From assembly GCA_964234715.1 (NCBI GenBank), contig OZ174275.1: a stretch of 64,000 bases of DNA; one strand, given 5' to 3'. This document shows positions 40,701-52,574 of the stretch, in pieces (position 1 is the stretch's first letter; each line of letters starts with the position of its first letter). Origin of the DNA: Podarcis melisellensis (taxonomy: Eukaryota). A model generated the notes under the pieces. The model was given only the letters and a program-made list of their open reading frames with translations, searched no databases and was not told the DNA's origin. A program made the translations under genes and the position numbers.

Positions 40701-42279
40701 ATAGGCACAGAAGAGATCCAATATGACACATTGTTCATTCTGATATGGAAAGAGGTATCAATGTCTTTTTGCAATAATCTTTTTAGGATACTGCATTTAC
40801 AGTACATTGTACAGTTATTTCTTAAACTGCACTTGAAAACAATCAGTTAAATTCTCGGTTAATAATGTAAATTAAGGTAATATCCTTCAAGGATATGCTT
40901 ATAGAATTTACACTGTTTAATGACAAAAACAAATGATAAACTGGCAGCAACAAATATTATTTTTAAACAAATGTTAATAAAACAGATTGTCACTAAAGAA
41001 AAATAATAGCTACATTAGTTCTGCACTTCAGGGGGCAAAATCATTTCCACTTTAAATAAAATTTAGCCTTGAAATTAAATGTGCTATAATGAAGCATCTC
41101 ACAGGTACCATTTACTGACATTGCCAGAACAAGCTGCTGCCTGTCATTGTTCTTCTAGCGCCTTGATATCCAGGTACCCTCATGAAGTTATGTTGATGAA
41201 GAGAATTATAATTTGCTCTAGAGTAGGATAAAGTTCCTATTCCTATAAGAACTTATTTTTGGGAGGATACCCACTGATTTTTTCCTGGAATGACAGAATT
41301 CATTGTGTTTTAGGACTTTTATTCTCACTGGTTAATCAACAGGTATTTTCATATTCGCTGTTGTAGAACTAGCAAACACAAGCTTATGCTGCTTTTCAAA
41401 TAATATGTTCCAAGCCTCTCTTCCTACAAAAATGCTGACATATCTAATTTTAATTTGACCTTCCTTGGAAGTTTCGCCGTCACTCACACTGTGTGGTAGG
41501 CTGACTATATAGACTTCCATTTTTACCCAGCTTCCAGCTTCTCACCACTATATTTTGAAGGACAGAAGTTTAAAAAATGAAAAGCTAGGCTGTTTGTATA
41601 TATCCGATAGTACAACTAATGCTCATAATTAACACTACAGCATGGATTTTACACCTGGAAGATATCCTTGTGTATTTTTGTGGGGGTTGGCAGCTTATCA
41701 CAATCCTATGCATGTCTACTTAGAGGTAAATCCAATTTAGTTAAATTATCAGGTAAGTGGGTATAGGTTTGTCTATTAATAAAAGGATGCTAGACCCCCT
41801 GCTACACTTAAAGCTCCCAGATGTTTCCCATAAGATATATCAGTTTTCACTTTAAAAGATAGCATTTCTAGCAAAGAGAGTTTAATAACCTGTAACCATA
41901 ACCATGGTGTACAATCAGGAATTTAAAAGCATGGGGGGGGGGGAGAGAATCTGCTACAAAATATAAACTAACTAAATTACACATATTTTACTACCAAAAT
42001 GTAATTGGAATAGGATGACTCTCAATTGGCCCACTGTGCTGCTTTCACCAACTATTACCATGTCTTCCCCAAGCTCAAAAGAAGTACGTTGATTTATTAG
42101 TAGATGTACATAAAAATTAATAGAATAAAAGTTAGTCCATTATTACCAACTTGGATCATTTTGTTTGGGTTGGGTTGGGTTGCGTTGTGTAAAGAAAGGC
42201 AAGTTCATATTTAATGTTTCTTGTTAACTTTAAATCCTTTGCTTATTAATGGCAGTGGGGGGGGGGAGAGAGAAGGAGG

Positions 42280-42830
42280 TAAACACGCTGATGAAATACT
42301 TTATCATGCTGATTGACAGAAAAAATGCTCCATTACTTCACAAAATGCCCGTATTACAATTCCCTCCCATCAATAAATCATGATGAAATTCCAGTTAATT
42401 AAATAAACATTAGTCAATAAACCTGGCGCTTTTTGTAAAGTTATACAATGCAAACTTAAGTTCTTATAAAGCGTATGTTAACTGGGGGCAAAGAGCCAAA
42501 TATTTTCCTTTATCGGATCTAACAACGCTAGATGAGACTAGCAGATTAAAAACATGCAAGGGAGTTTCCTACATACAGCTATCATGCTGATTTTGTATCA
42601 TTAAAATGGCTCCCAAACAAGCAGATTAACTGATTAATTGATGATTAAGACTGCAGGAAGATCAGACATTACACCCAAATACTTCTTGCATGCACACACA
42701 GAGCTAACTAATTGACAGCTGCACACACATCAGAATGATCAGTCTCCCAAAGCAATATTTTAAAGCACGCATAAACCCCTCTTTCAGCATTTTCATGCAC
42801 AATGAACAATTATATTTCTAAGTTCAAGTT
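42280..42830. promoter_or_regulatory. Candidate intronic enhancer with PBX-MEIS/PREP and PBX-HOX motifs
   Basis: TGATTGACAG (42310-42319), TGATTTATTG on the minus strand (42371-42380), TGACAG (42713-42718), multiple TAAT cores, repeat-free. Confidence 0.5.
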
Positions 42831-44798
42831 CTGCGACCTAAAGCACTAAAAGAATGAAAGGGGGGGGATTCTTCAGTACACTGTTATCAATAAATAAACT
42901 TTTGAAATTAATCATGTGATCATAAAAACAAGCAATAGAACATAAATATAAGCTCAGTATTAATGCAAGGCACAGAATATATTCTGAGCCAACATGCACT
43001 AGAAAATATTAGGAATAAAGCTCTCATGCTGAATTGCTACCATCAGAAAGAACTTGGAGAAAAGTTCCTTGATGTATCAGATATACTGATGGTGGGGGCC
43101 ATGTATTCCATCCTCTGCTATGTTTATATGGATGGTACCTGAAGCCAATGCTTATTACCAATGGTAAATACCATATTGTGTGTCACAAGCTGACACACAT
43201 CCCACACTTTCTCCAATACAGCTGGTTACTGTTGTATAAATCTCTTTTGTTTGGGGATAAGGAATCATGACTGGGCACCAAGTTTGTATAGTAATCACAT
43301 CTTGTTTCAAATATCACACATTAATAAAGCTTTTTCATAATAATGCAACAGACACAACTCATTAGCCAATCTAACACCCAAAGTCCTATTGCATTTTTGC
43401 TGAGATCTGGTCCAAACTGTCCACAAATAGCACTTGTTTTTCAGTAAGGACAGAGGAGTGCTAAAAAATGCCTGATTTCAAGGAATACTTCATTCTCTTA
43501 TTAACAAAAAGCTGTCTGGCAAAGAAAATTCAGAACTTCTCTGAAAGTCCAGCGAAAATTCACCTATATTGTGGTTTTCTAAAATGGTATTTTTGACATG
43601 AGTTATCTATAGCTATGTATCCTTGTCTAGGATACAAACGCTTACAGTAAGAATCCACATGCAGTGCACTTGTCAAAGAGAAGGTGGAAAGGGCAAAGAT
43701 GTTCTTAACATGTCTCCTGATGTGGTACAAAGTAATGCCCAATTTCTTGCATAAATACCAGCACTGGAAAGATTTCCCCGATAAAGAGCTAATGACAAAT
43801 ACAACAAAAAGCAGATTTATCAGAGCTTGGAAATCTGGGATTAATTTTCACTGTCTAAACCTTGCAACTGTCACATGGAAAACAAACTTACGAATGTATT
43901 TCATCCCATCAAGTCCCCCAGCTGAAATATATTCCTAAAGATGCAATGCAGGGAAGCACACACACACACACACAAATAAAGCCTGAACCACAAACATTAA
44001 AGCACAAAAGCAGCAGACTAACTGTTTGAAGTTTTATTCTTAAAATATACATCTATATCATAGGGGAAATATCAGATACAGCCTTATGTTAAGCAACTCA
44101 AAACCAAAAGTTTAAGGAGGATCTGCTGACTCTCTTTTTTCTTAAAAATTTCTTTCTGGGAGTGACAACAGAAGTCCATTTTTATTTTTATTTGCAGATG
44201 AGGAGGGGGAGTCAATTCAAAGCAGCTTCCCCAACTCAGACCTAACTCCCCCCCCCCTTGAAGCATCATCATAAGTGGCTGCTTGATAGATGTTCCCCTT
44301 GATAAACGACTTGTTCAAAAGAGACACAGTAGCTTTCATTTCCTGACCACAACACACTTTTAATTTGCAACAGCAGAACTGCTGGAGTGTGACTCAGTCC
44401 TACTCTCCAGCTTTTCAGGGTTCTGCTCCTGACAGGCCACATCACTGGGCAAAACAATAACTAGGTGCATCCACTAACAACAATCAATGCATCATGTTTT
44501 TTCTTTTGATACACACACACACACACACACAAACATTCAGTTGCAGAACTGATTACATTGGTGCTCTCACACACTCTCATCCTCTTCACCCCTCCCCGAA
44601 AACTCGGCCGCTTTCAAAATCACTCTGCTGGTCAAGATATTCTACTAGGAAATTGAGAAGTAGAGGTGGGGGTGGAGAGAAGGAGAAGAGGGCAGACCCA
44701 GAGGGGTTGGGGGGAGAGAATAAAGTGCACAAGTGCCATACAATATACAAAGCAGTGTCACCCAACCATGATTACTGTGTATTACTACTATTAGAATT

Positions 44799-44819
44799 AT
44801 CATCATCATCATCATCATC
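44799..44819. repeat. (ATC)n trinucleotide repeat
   Basis: Direct read. Confidence 0.9.
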
Positions 44820-46284
44820 CAGGAATTGCATTTAAACAGTGGCCACCATCCACCCCATCCAATTTCAGCCCTCAGCACACTATCCAATTCCCGATTTAAA
44901 ATTTATAAATGTAATATCCTCATCACAAGCAGCAGGTCCAATCTGCTGTGAATATATATTACAGCTTTAACATCACAGAGGGAAATCTCCCATCTGGCAA
45001 TCACATTCGCTCCAACAGCTCTAGGAAATAAAAGCAGGGGGGGGGGGCGCAGGGAGAGAAGAGAAAGAGAAAGCCGTGTCTTCCTGCTCTCTCCCCCCTC
45101 CCCCTTAAAAACATGTCTCAGGGCAAATTATGTGCATCTAAAATAAACAGTTGCTGTATTGATTGCCTTAAAGTCAACAAGTTCCAAATGCAAAATAAAT
45201 AAATAATAATAATCAGATAATCATCCCTATTGTAACAGCGGCTCAGGGTTACTTTGGAGAGATATAGGCACCTACTAGCATCAGCCTAGGAGTGGACATT
45301 TGGCACTCAAGCTTTGCTTTGGATTCAGGTTTGTTAGGAAAGATCAGTGGTCACGTACTTAAGCTGACCATGAGGTTTTGCTCTGTCCTTATTTGCTTCT
45401 CCCACAGACTAGTAAAAGTGAGACAATTCGCTGTCCTTCTGTCACCCCACAAATTCCTAATTTTTGCATTTGTGCGCAAAACAAAATCTAATGTTATACT
45501 TTCTCTAAGCTTCTGTAACTGGACTTTTGTAAACTGCAATATATTGAAATCCTCCCTGCCCCATTTCATCAGATCCCTCCAGGCCTGTTTTTTTAAAGGT
45601 GTTTTGCAGAATGTGGCCTCTTACAATCATTTAAAAGTATGTTGCAATGACAAGCAGCTATATGGGAAAAAGGACAGAAAATACACAGGTCGTTATTAAA
45701 ACTGGAGGAGGGAGGCGGAATAATTGGTTATTGTGCACCTATGAATCATCTTATTTTCCTATCCTGATCTAAAACCTACAAAAAAGTAGAGGGAGGAAAG
45801 ATATAACGGTAGTATAGAGTAAGAAACAATAACTATTACTTTAAAATTTAAAAGGAAACATTTGCTGTGAGTGTAGGCATAGATATGTTCCGGGTTTCCC
45901 CCCTCCCCTTTTTACAGTCAGTGAGTTTACTAATTTACATAGTATTTGAGTGTACACAGTTCACTTTTGGTAACATGCAACTTTAGCATTGCAACTGAGA
46001 ACAAAAGTAACGCTACAATCAAAGCAGAAATCAGAAACAAAATGATAACACACAAAAACTGCTTATTTACACACTTGAAGCTTTACCATTAACATCATTT
46101 ATCTCTAGTTATATCCACATGCAAAGTCCTCAGATATATTTTTTTCATCATGCGCTTTAAAAATTTATCTAGATGCAAAGAAAGAGAGAAAGAAAGAAAT
46201 AGAAAGACATAGATCCCAAAAGCAGACATACCATAAACACTGGTGCTACTGATCATTTCTTGCTGGCAGCACAAAAAAGCTGAA

Positions 46285-47507
46285 NNNNNNNNNNNNNNNN
46301 NNNNNNNNNNNNNNNNNNNNNNNNNNNNNNNNNNNNNNNNNNNNNNNNNNNNNNNNNNNNNNNNNNNNNNNNNNNNNNNNNNNNNNNNNNNNNNNNNNNN
46401 NNNNNNNNNNNNNNNNNNNNNNNNNNNNNNNNNNNNNNNNNNNNNNNNNNNNNNNNNNNNNCATCAACGAAAAGGGGATCTCAGATCACAAGAGAAGAAA
46501 GAAAGGGGGGGGGAGAGAAGAGCACATGANNNNNNNNNNNNNNNNNNNNNNNNNNNNNNNNNNNNNNNNNNNNNNNNNNNNNNNNNNNNNNNNNNNNNNN
46601 NNNNNNNNNNNNNNNNNNNNNNNNNNNNNNNNNNNNNNNNNNNNNNNNNNNNNNNNNNNNNCAATACGCCCACCGTGCTGTCCCCCCTCCCTCCACGATG
46701 ATGTGCTTACATTTTACTGCATCAGCTTCTCTTGACATATTCACGCCCCCCCCACCCTGAACTAAAACACGGCAATTTAACCCTAACTTTCCCCTTCCGC
46801 CGATCCTCATTCGCACTAATTTGCTTAAAAGTTCGTTCCCCCAATACACCTAAGTCGCATCTTATCCGCGCGTTCCTGCTTGGACTCCAATTTGAAAAAA
46901 ATAAAAGAGACCCACTTAAGCGAAAGTGGATTTGGCGGCGGGGTGGGGTGGAGGGGGAAGCTCTAAATCTCGCAATCGCGAACTCTTGGGCTCCTGACTA
47001 TTGTTAGCAACGATCAAGGAAGGGGGGGGAACCATCCACCGCGATGCTATCTCTTTACTTTCCACGCTGCGCTTAGATGAGAAAAACGGAACGGGGGGAA
47101 AAAAGAGAAAAGAATAAACCAGTCTGGAGCATGTCCTATATTTAAATATAGATTTAAAGCATTATGGCTTAGATTTAATATTTAAAAGGCACACGCACAA
47201 AATTTAAAGCGCCCGTAGCCGCCTGGGATATATTTAAAATTATATAAAATTTTAAACAGAGCGGGCGGGAGGGGGGGAGGATGAAGAGAGACGAACGGCA
47301 ATGGGAGATCTTACCTGGAGGTTTGGTAGAGAAGCCCGGTAGGTTAGAGCTGCATCGATCCTATCTGTTCGCTGANNNNNNNNNNNNNNNNNNNNNNNNN
47401 NNNNNNNNNNNNNNNNNNNNNNNNNNNNNNNNNNNNNNNNNNNNNNNNNNNNNNNNNNNNNNNNNNNNNNNNNNNNNNNNNNNNNNNNNNNNNNNNNNNN
47501 NNNNNNN
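46285..47507. other. Cluster of three N-masked blocks at the promoter/first exon/intron start (46285-46461, 46530-46661, 47376-47507)
   Basis: N-runs of 177, 132 and 132 nt. Confidence 0.95.
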
Positions 47508-47800
47508 ATGCCAGCAGCTGAACGCCTGCGCAGAGCGCCGCCGAGCCAAATTCAAATCACTTTCACACTCGGAGCCAAAGATCAGTTTTCAAAAAAGAGA
47601 GCGAGAGAGAGAGAGAGAGAAGAAGGTGGGGGGGATATCGGGAGGGAGAGAGAGAGAGAGGCACCAGATTCATGGGCAAGAGGAGGAGGAGAGGAAGCTC
47701 AATGGCCGCGCGCTACTGCCGCCGCCGCCGCACCACCACCACCACCACCAGGCCCCTGGCTGCACAGGTCAGGTTACATGGTAGGGGCTGTCGCTTGCAA
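47315..47800 (-). other. Putative non-coding first exon (5' UTR) of a minus-strand gene or lncRNA; 5' end approximate
   Basis: Minus strand reads ...CTACCAAACCTCCAG|GTAAGA (GT at 47314-47313) inside the CpG island. Part of the exon (47376-47507) is N-masked. No long ORF; contains the mini-uORF ATG CAG CTC TAA (47355-47344). Confidence 0.7.
47718..47750. repeat. (GCC)4 followed by (CAC)6 repeat in the promoter/first exon
   Basis: GCCGCCGCCGCCGCACCACCACCACCACCACCA. Confidence 0.9.
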
Positions 47801-48740
47801 GGAAGCCTGCAAACACTGCCTGGAGGTGGCCGGGAGGTCATGGCAGAGCAGCCAGGAAGCTCTCCCGCCCCTCCCGCGGCCGCCAAAAGGCGAATCGGGA
47901 ACTTGGGGAGTTGGGATCCCTGCTCCCAACCTCGCCTCCGCCTCCTGCAGCAAGAGAAACACTTCTCCCAGCTCGGGCACTTTCCCTGCAGCCGGGAAAG
48001 CGCCATAGCCCGTCCCATCCCCCCAACCCCCCCCCCCAGCAGCGGCGGAGAACGTCTCTGCCTCCCCCCCACCCCACCGCCCGGTCCCCACCTCGCAATA
48101 AGCAACAGCGGCGGCGGCGCCTCCAGCTCCAGGCCCTACCGCAGCTCAGTGGCAGTAATGCCTCTGTGCAGCCCGCTCGCCGTCGACTCAGCTCCCTAGA
48201 CTTTAGGATGCTGCGCGGCGGCAACAGCCGAGAGCGGCTGAAGCAAGAGAAAGACCGGGAAAGGGGGGGGGGGAGCCCGATCCTGCTCTGTGTGCTTGCT
48301 CGCGGGTAAAGAGTAAAGTCGCACTGTATGCTTATGGAGTTTTCCGCACCCCCCGGGTAAGAAACTGTGTGCGGCAAAGGGGATAGCAGCCTGAATGATG
48401 CAGGATAGCAGCAGACATTAGACTTTCCCCCCTAACAGTTGCCTTTTATTCCCGCTGTCTCCACTTGAAAGTTCCTTTGCGTGCAGGATCCCCTGCTCGC
48501 ACTTGCTCCAAATGACGTTTCACGGCACCGTCCTGCACAAGTTCTTTCCTCACAAAGAAATTTTCCGCTGGGTTGAAGAGAGTGTTCACTGAGCAAATAA
48601 AGCCGCACTTCTTTCGGAATAGGACCCAGTGAATTCAGTCGGGGCATTATTTCTTAGTAAATCTCTGCAGTGGATACAGATGTAATATCCCATTAAACTC
48701 TTCAGAGTGTTTCTGTTTACTGTACTAGGATGGTGCTGTG

Positions 48741-49070
48741 GGGCTGCAATCTTAGGTATGCTTTCTTGGAAGTTCTACTGAATTGTTCTCTGTTTAAAAG
48801 GACTTCCCTGTGGATCCAAACTGGCAGCACCATCTGAGGTGAGGTGCTGAGTACACCAGGAATCTCCCACAGGATACATGGGAGTGGGAAGACAAAATAT
48901 ACCAAGGCTGCAATCCTAAATTGCCAAGGACCAAGTCCTGTTGAAATACTTGAATTAGTTCTGAGTAAAAATACTTTGAGGTGTGATGTCATTAAAAAGG
49001 CTTGCTTGGAAGTGAGTCCAGTTTGCATTGTGATAGTTGTAAACATGCAAAGGGTTTGGCTGTACCTCTT
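48741..49070. mobile_element. Cluster of 2-3 decayed copies of the GGCTGCAATCC palindromic MITE
   Basis: GGGCTGCAATCTTAGG (48741), AAGGCTGCAATCCTAAA (about 48904), CTTGGAAGTGAGTCC...GTAAACATGCAAAGGGTTTGGCTG (about 49005-49062). Confidence 0.55.
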
Positions 49071-50378
49071 GCGATCCTCTGTGTTATCATTTGCAAGTGT
49101 CAGTTTCTTCACCTGTAAAATGGGCATCGTTAATACTAATTTTTAGTATAATCTCCAAGAGTTAATTTGAGCCCAGACTGAACAGAGATAAGTCTCTGGA
49201 ATCAATTTTTATACAGCAAGTCCCATCTCTCCTTTATCTCCTATTAGTGAAATACCCCATAATTTGAGCTGTGAAAGTTGATTAGAAAGAATCTAGCCAT
49301 CAGAGTGGCTCCTTGCAAATCCCTTGCTACTTACAGCTCAGGGAACATGCCCAGCAGCTTCAGGGATTAAGTGTTTAGGATCAGATGGCCACCGCACCTT
49401 CTTAAGAGGTATGGATGGGTGCGTTCTGGTGCTTTGATATCAAAAAAATACATGTTTGCTTATGATTTGATATCTCTTTACAACTGAATGATTCATAGTT
49501 GATTATGTGAACTACTTCCATTGACTTTTACTGCATTTGCAGTGATGTGATATGATAGTTCTGTTTGTGTTGCTACAAGTGCCTTTGTTGTACCTCACAT
49601 ACAAATAATCACTTGCCTGTTTGTTTGTTAGTTTAATTGTTGTTGTGTGAGGAACATGCACAGACAAATCCAAACCTTAGAGTTAGAACCTTTTTGATGG
49701 AATCCATTCTCAAATGCTTTGCTGCAGGGACCCACCAATGGTCTTTTGTCTTCGAGCAAAATCCACTTGTCACTTTCAGTGCCTTAATCAGAAGCTACAT
49801 CTCTCAATCTGCGACACCCCCCCCCCCCACTTTAAAGGCAAGCTGGTGTTCATCTCAGGCTTTTCATACCCTTCCTTACCTTATTATGTTGGATGCAATG
49901 AATACTTTTTCACAGTCCATTTTGGGAGGGAAGAGTTATGTTGCCACATTGCATATGCAAGTTAAAAGCCCAGACAGAGGATCTAACACAGGGAGTGGCA
50001 TTTTATCCCATGTTTCCCTTTTGTCATTTATATTCTGCACTAGTACCTTGAGACTCACCTCTGTGTACACAGAAAATAAGCCCCAGTGATTTCTATAGAG
50101 CCTGCTCCCCAGGAACTGGGCATACGATGGTAAACCTTTGGATTTTCTTCAGGTTAACACCAGTGTACTTGCAAAGCAGCCAGAAGGTGAGAAGGTAGAG
50201 CAACTCAAACATCTCCTTAATGTGTATTCCAGTGCCAGAAGACTCAATGGGACATTATGCATGCCAGAACGGCAAATTCCCAGCTCTATGAAAAGGACTG
50301 TCATAGAAAGTAGCGTGGAATAGTCTTCTGTCCAGTATAAAAATAAACATCCCATGGAGCTTGCCTTTGTGCTGCTAA

Positions 50379-50471
50379 CAGTGCAGTCCTAAACATATCT
50401 CCTGAGAGGTATATCCCACTGAGTTCAGCAGGACTTCATCTCACCCGTGTGAGTACAGAATTGCAGCCTTA
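50379..50471. mobile_element. GGCTGCAATCC-family palindromic MITE, decayed
   Basis: CAGTGCAGTCCTAAACATATC...CCCACTGAGTTCAGCAGGACTT...AGAATTGCAGCCTTA. Confidence 0.6.
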
Positions 50472-51714
50472 ATGTGGGACTTGTCAATCCATTATGTCTT
50501 ACTCATGTGCATATAATCGTTCACATTGCTCCAATTTTATGTGTATGGGGTTGTTGTTTTCTCTTGCAGGATTGCTAAGCTCTTTCTTTAACTACACTTC
50601 TCCAACCATATAGCCCAAGCATGTGCATGTTTGCTCAGATAAAAGTCTAAATTTAACTCAGATGAAAGTCCAAGTACCATGCACACTTACCGGCAGCCGT
50701 GTCCCAATATACATTAGTGTATATTATTAACTTGCATGTCCATCAGTTAACTATAGTTTTCAGTTAGGTGCAATTTATATTCATATGCTTCCTTTCACAA
50801 GCCTCTCCTTCCCTTGCATGCTATATATAATACACAAATAATACACAGTCCATGTTGGTCCCTTCCAGAGTAGATCCTATTAGATTATTAAATTATTTCT
50901 CATAATATATGTAACCTTTTACAGCTTTAAATCTGTATGGAAATATGTGCAATGTTTGGGTTTGTAATCCTTCCTGGGACCTTGTGGTAAAGGATGAGTA
51001 AGAAATCAAATAAGTAAATAAATCGTTCTCTGCATTAGGAGAAACAATTCCTGCATGCTCATAGTGGGAAAGGGATATTTCCTTCTGATATCAGCCCCTC
51101 ATGCCTTGTGGGTTGCCTAACCTTGAGCCCCCACGCTGCACATATTTCCATATAGATTTAAATTGCCCTCCAGACACTTAGGATTACAACTCAGCTGCAG
51201 CCATGGGAGTTGTAGTCCAAGAAACTGGAAGGCACCAGGTTGGAGAAGACTTTCCCACATCCTTACCTTGTCTTAGGGAAGCCTGATTTTCCTCTATGGA
51301 GAAAATAGCTCCAGAGATGTTGATATCTTCTTCCTGCCAAGCAAGAAGGCCAAGCAAGCACCTGCTGCTTTTCTTGTACATCCTCCCCAAATGAATGATC
51401 AGTGCTGTCAGCTCTGATGGCACTGGTTGTGTATTTGTGGAAGGGCCACGGGTAAGAAAGGGTGGGGGAAGAGAACATCAGATCTGAATTTGACACCTGT
51501 ACTAATGGCCAGGGACAGCCTACAAACTTCAGGGGTCAGCACTCTCTCTATATGTGTCTCTCCCCTATTACCATTCAAGACTCCTTCTCCTATGACCTTT
51601 ATTGCATGAAGTGAACATGGCATCAACAGGAAGCAAGGCATTTGTTGCTGTAGCTCCAAGGCTGTGGGATAATATCCCACAATGTTTGGTTGAATTCATC
51701 CCTCCTAGCCATTA

Positions 51715-52215
51715 GGGGGCCGGTGACCAGACAGGCAGCCCTTTTGGTCATGGCACTCCATCTGTAGAATGCTCTTTGCAGAGAGGTTCACTTGGAGGCC
51801 TCTTTGATGTTTTGTTTGGCACCACGTAAAGGCTTAAAAAAAAAAGGGCAGGCATTTCAGCATATAGCGTAAGTTATCTTGACTGTTTTTATCCATTCTT
51901 TTGAATTTAATGGCTTTGTTTTGTTTTAATGGCCACTTCTTTTATTTTCTTTTATCACACTGGGAGTTTTTAGTGAAGGACTGAATAGAAATCTTCTAAA
52001 TAAATAAATGAAACATATCTGTTTGGAAAGACATTTGGTCAGTAAACAAATATTGTATGCCTATCTGATATAATCTGCTGAGTTCAATGTCCTGTGCTTT
52101 TAATTTTAGTGTTGCCATTTTTACATGAGGATGTCGTTTTATTTTATTATAGATTATTGTTGTGAGCTGCCTCAAACTTGTAGAATTCGGACACAAATGC
52201 TATAAACAAATAAAG
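51715..52215 (+). mobile_element. L2-like LINE 3' end(s), degenerate
   Basis: GCCCTTTTGGTCATGGCACTCCATCTGTAGAATGCTCTT (AFSV-AP-LWN-LP-like), then a T-rich 3' UTR, GTGAGCTGCCT and an ATAAA tail. Confidence 0.5.
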
Positions 52216-52282
52216 ACATTTCCACAGGAACATAAGAAGCTGTCTTATTGCTCAGCGAAGCTCGGTATTGTCTCTAACACAC

Positions 52283-52410
52283 AGATAACCTGTGGCATTC
52301 AGTATGGTGCTGGACTGCAGCTCCCATCATCCCTGATCAATGGACATTCTGACTGGAGGACTGAGAACTGGAATCCAACAACATCTGGAGGGCCACAGGT
52401 TCCTAATCCT
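52283..52410. mobile_element. hAT-like MITE (same family as 37476)
   Basis: AACCTGTGGC...GGACTGCAGCTCCCATCATCCCTGA...TCCAACAACATCTGGAGGGCCACAGGTT, imperfect palindrome. Confidence 0.7.
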
Positions 52411-52574
52411 TTTATTTATTTGTAGATAGACGGATAGAGAGGTAGATTGAATTTATATACCACCCTAAACCCACAGGTATATCCTTGACTCTGACCGCCC
52501 AGGGTTTTACACAGGAGTTTTTTCTAGCCCTGTCTGGAGATGCTGAGAGACCACCCTGCTACTGTCACATAGAT

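Larger units (their letters stand above)
46662..48560. promoter_or_regulatory. CpG-island promoter region (probably bidirectional), TSS region of a minus-strand gene
   Basis: Sharp rise in GC and CpG content against an AT-rich, CpG-depleted background. Contains (GCC)n/(CAC)n runs, GA repeats, an NRF1-like CGCCTGCGCA (47523-47532), a YY1-like CAATGGCCGC (47700-47709) and a strong minus-strand splice donor at 47314. Confidence 0.85.

Noticed and set aside
47281-48377. Several long overlapping ORFs (130-179 aa) in the CpG island
   Set aside because: Expected from stop-codon scarcity in GC-rich DNA. They are low-complexity translations of GA, GCC and CAC repeats, occur in most frames on both strands and show no recognisable domain.
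51267-51293. 27-nt minus-strand exon-like unit (ttttctccaTAG|...AAG|GTAAGG)
   Set aside because: Upstream of the inferred TSS and adjacent to a MITE remnant; no supporting promoter seen, so probably chance.
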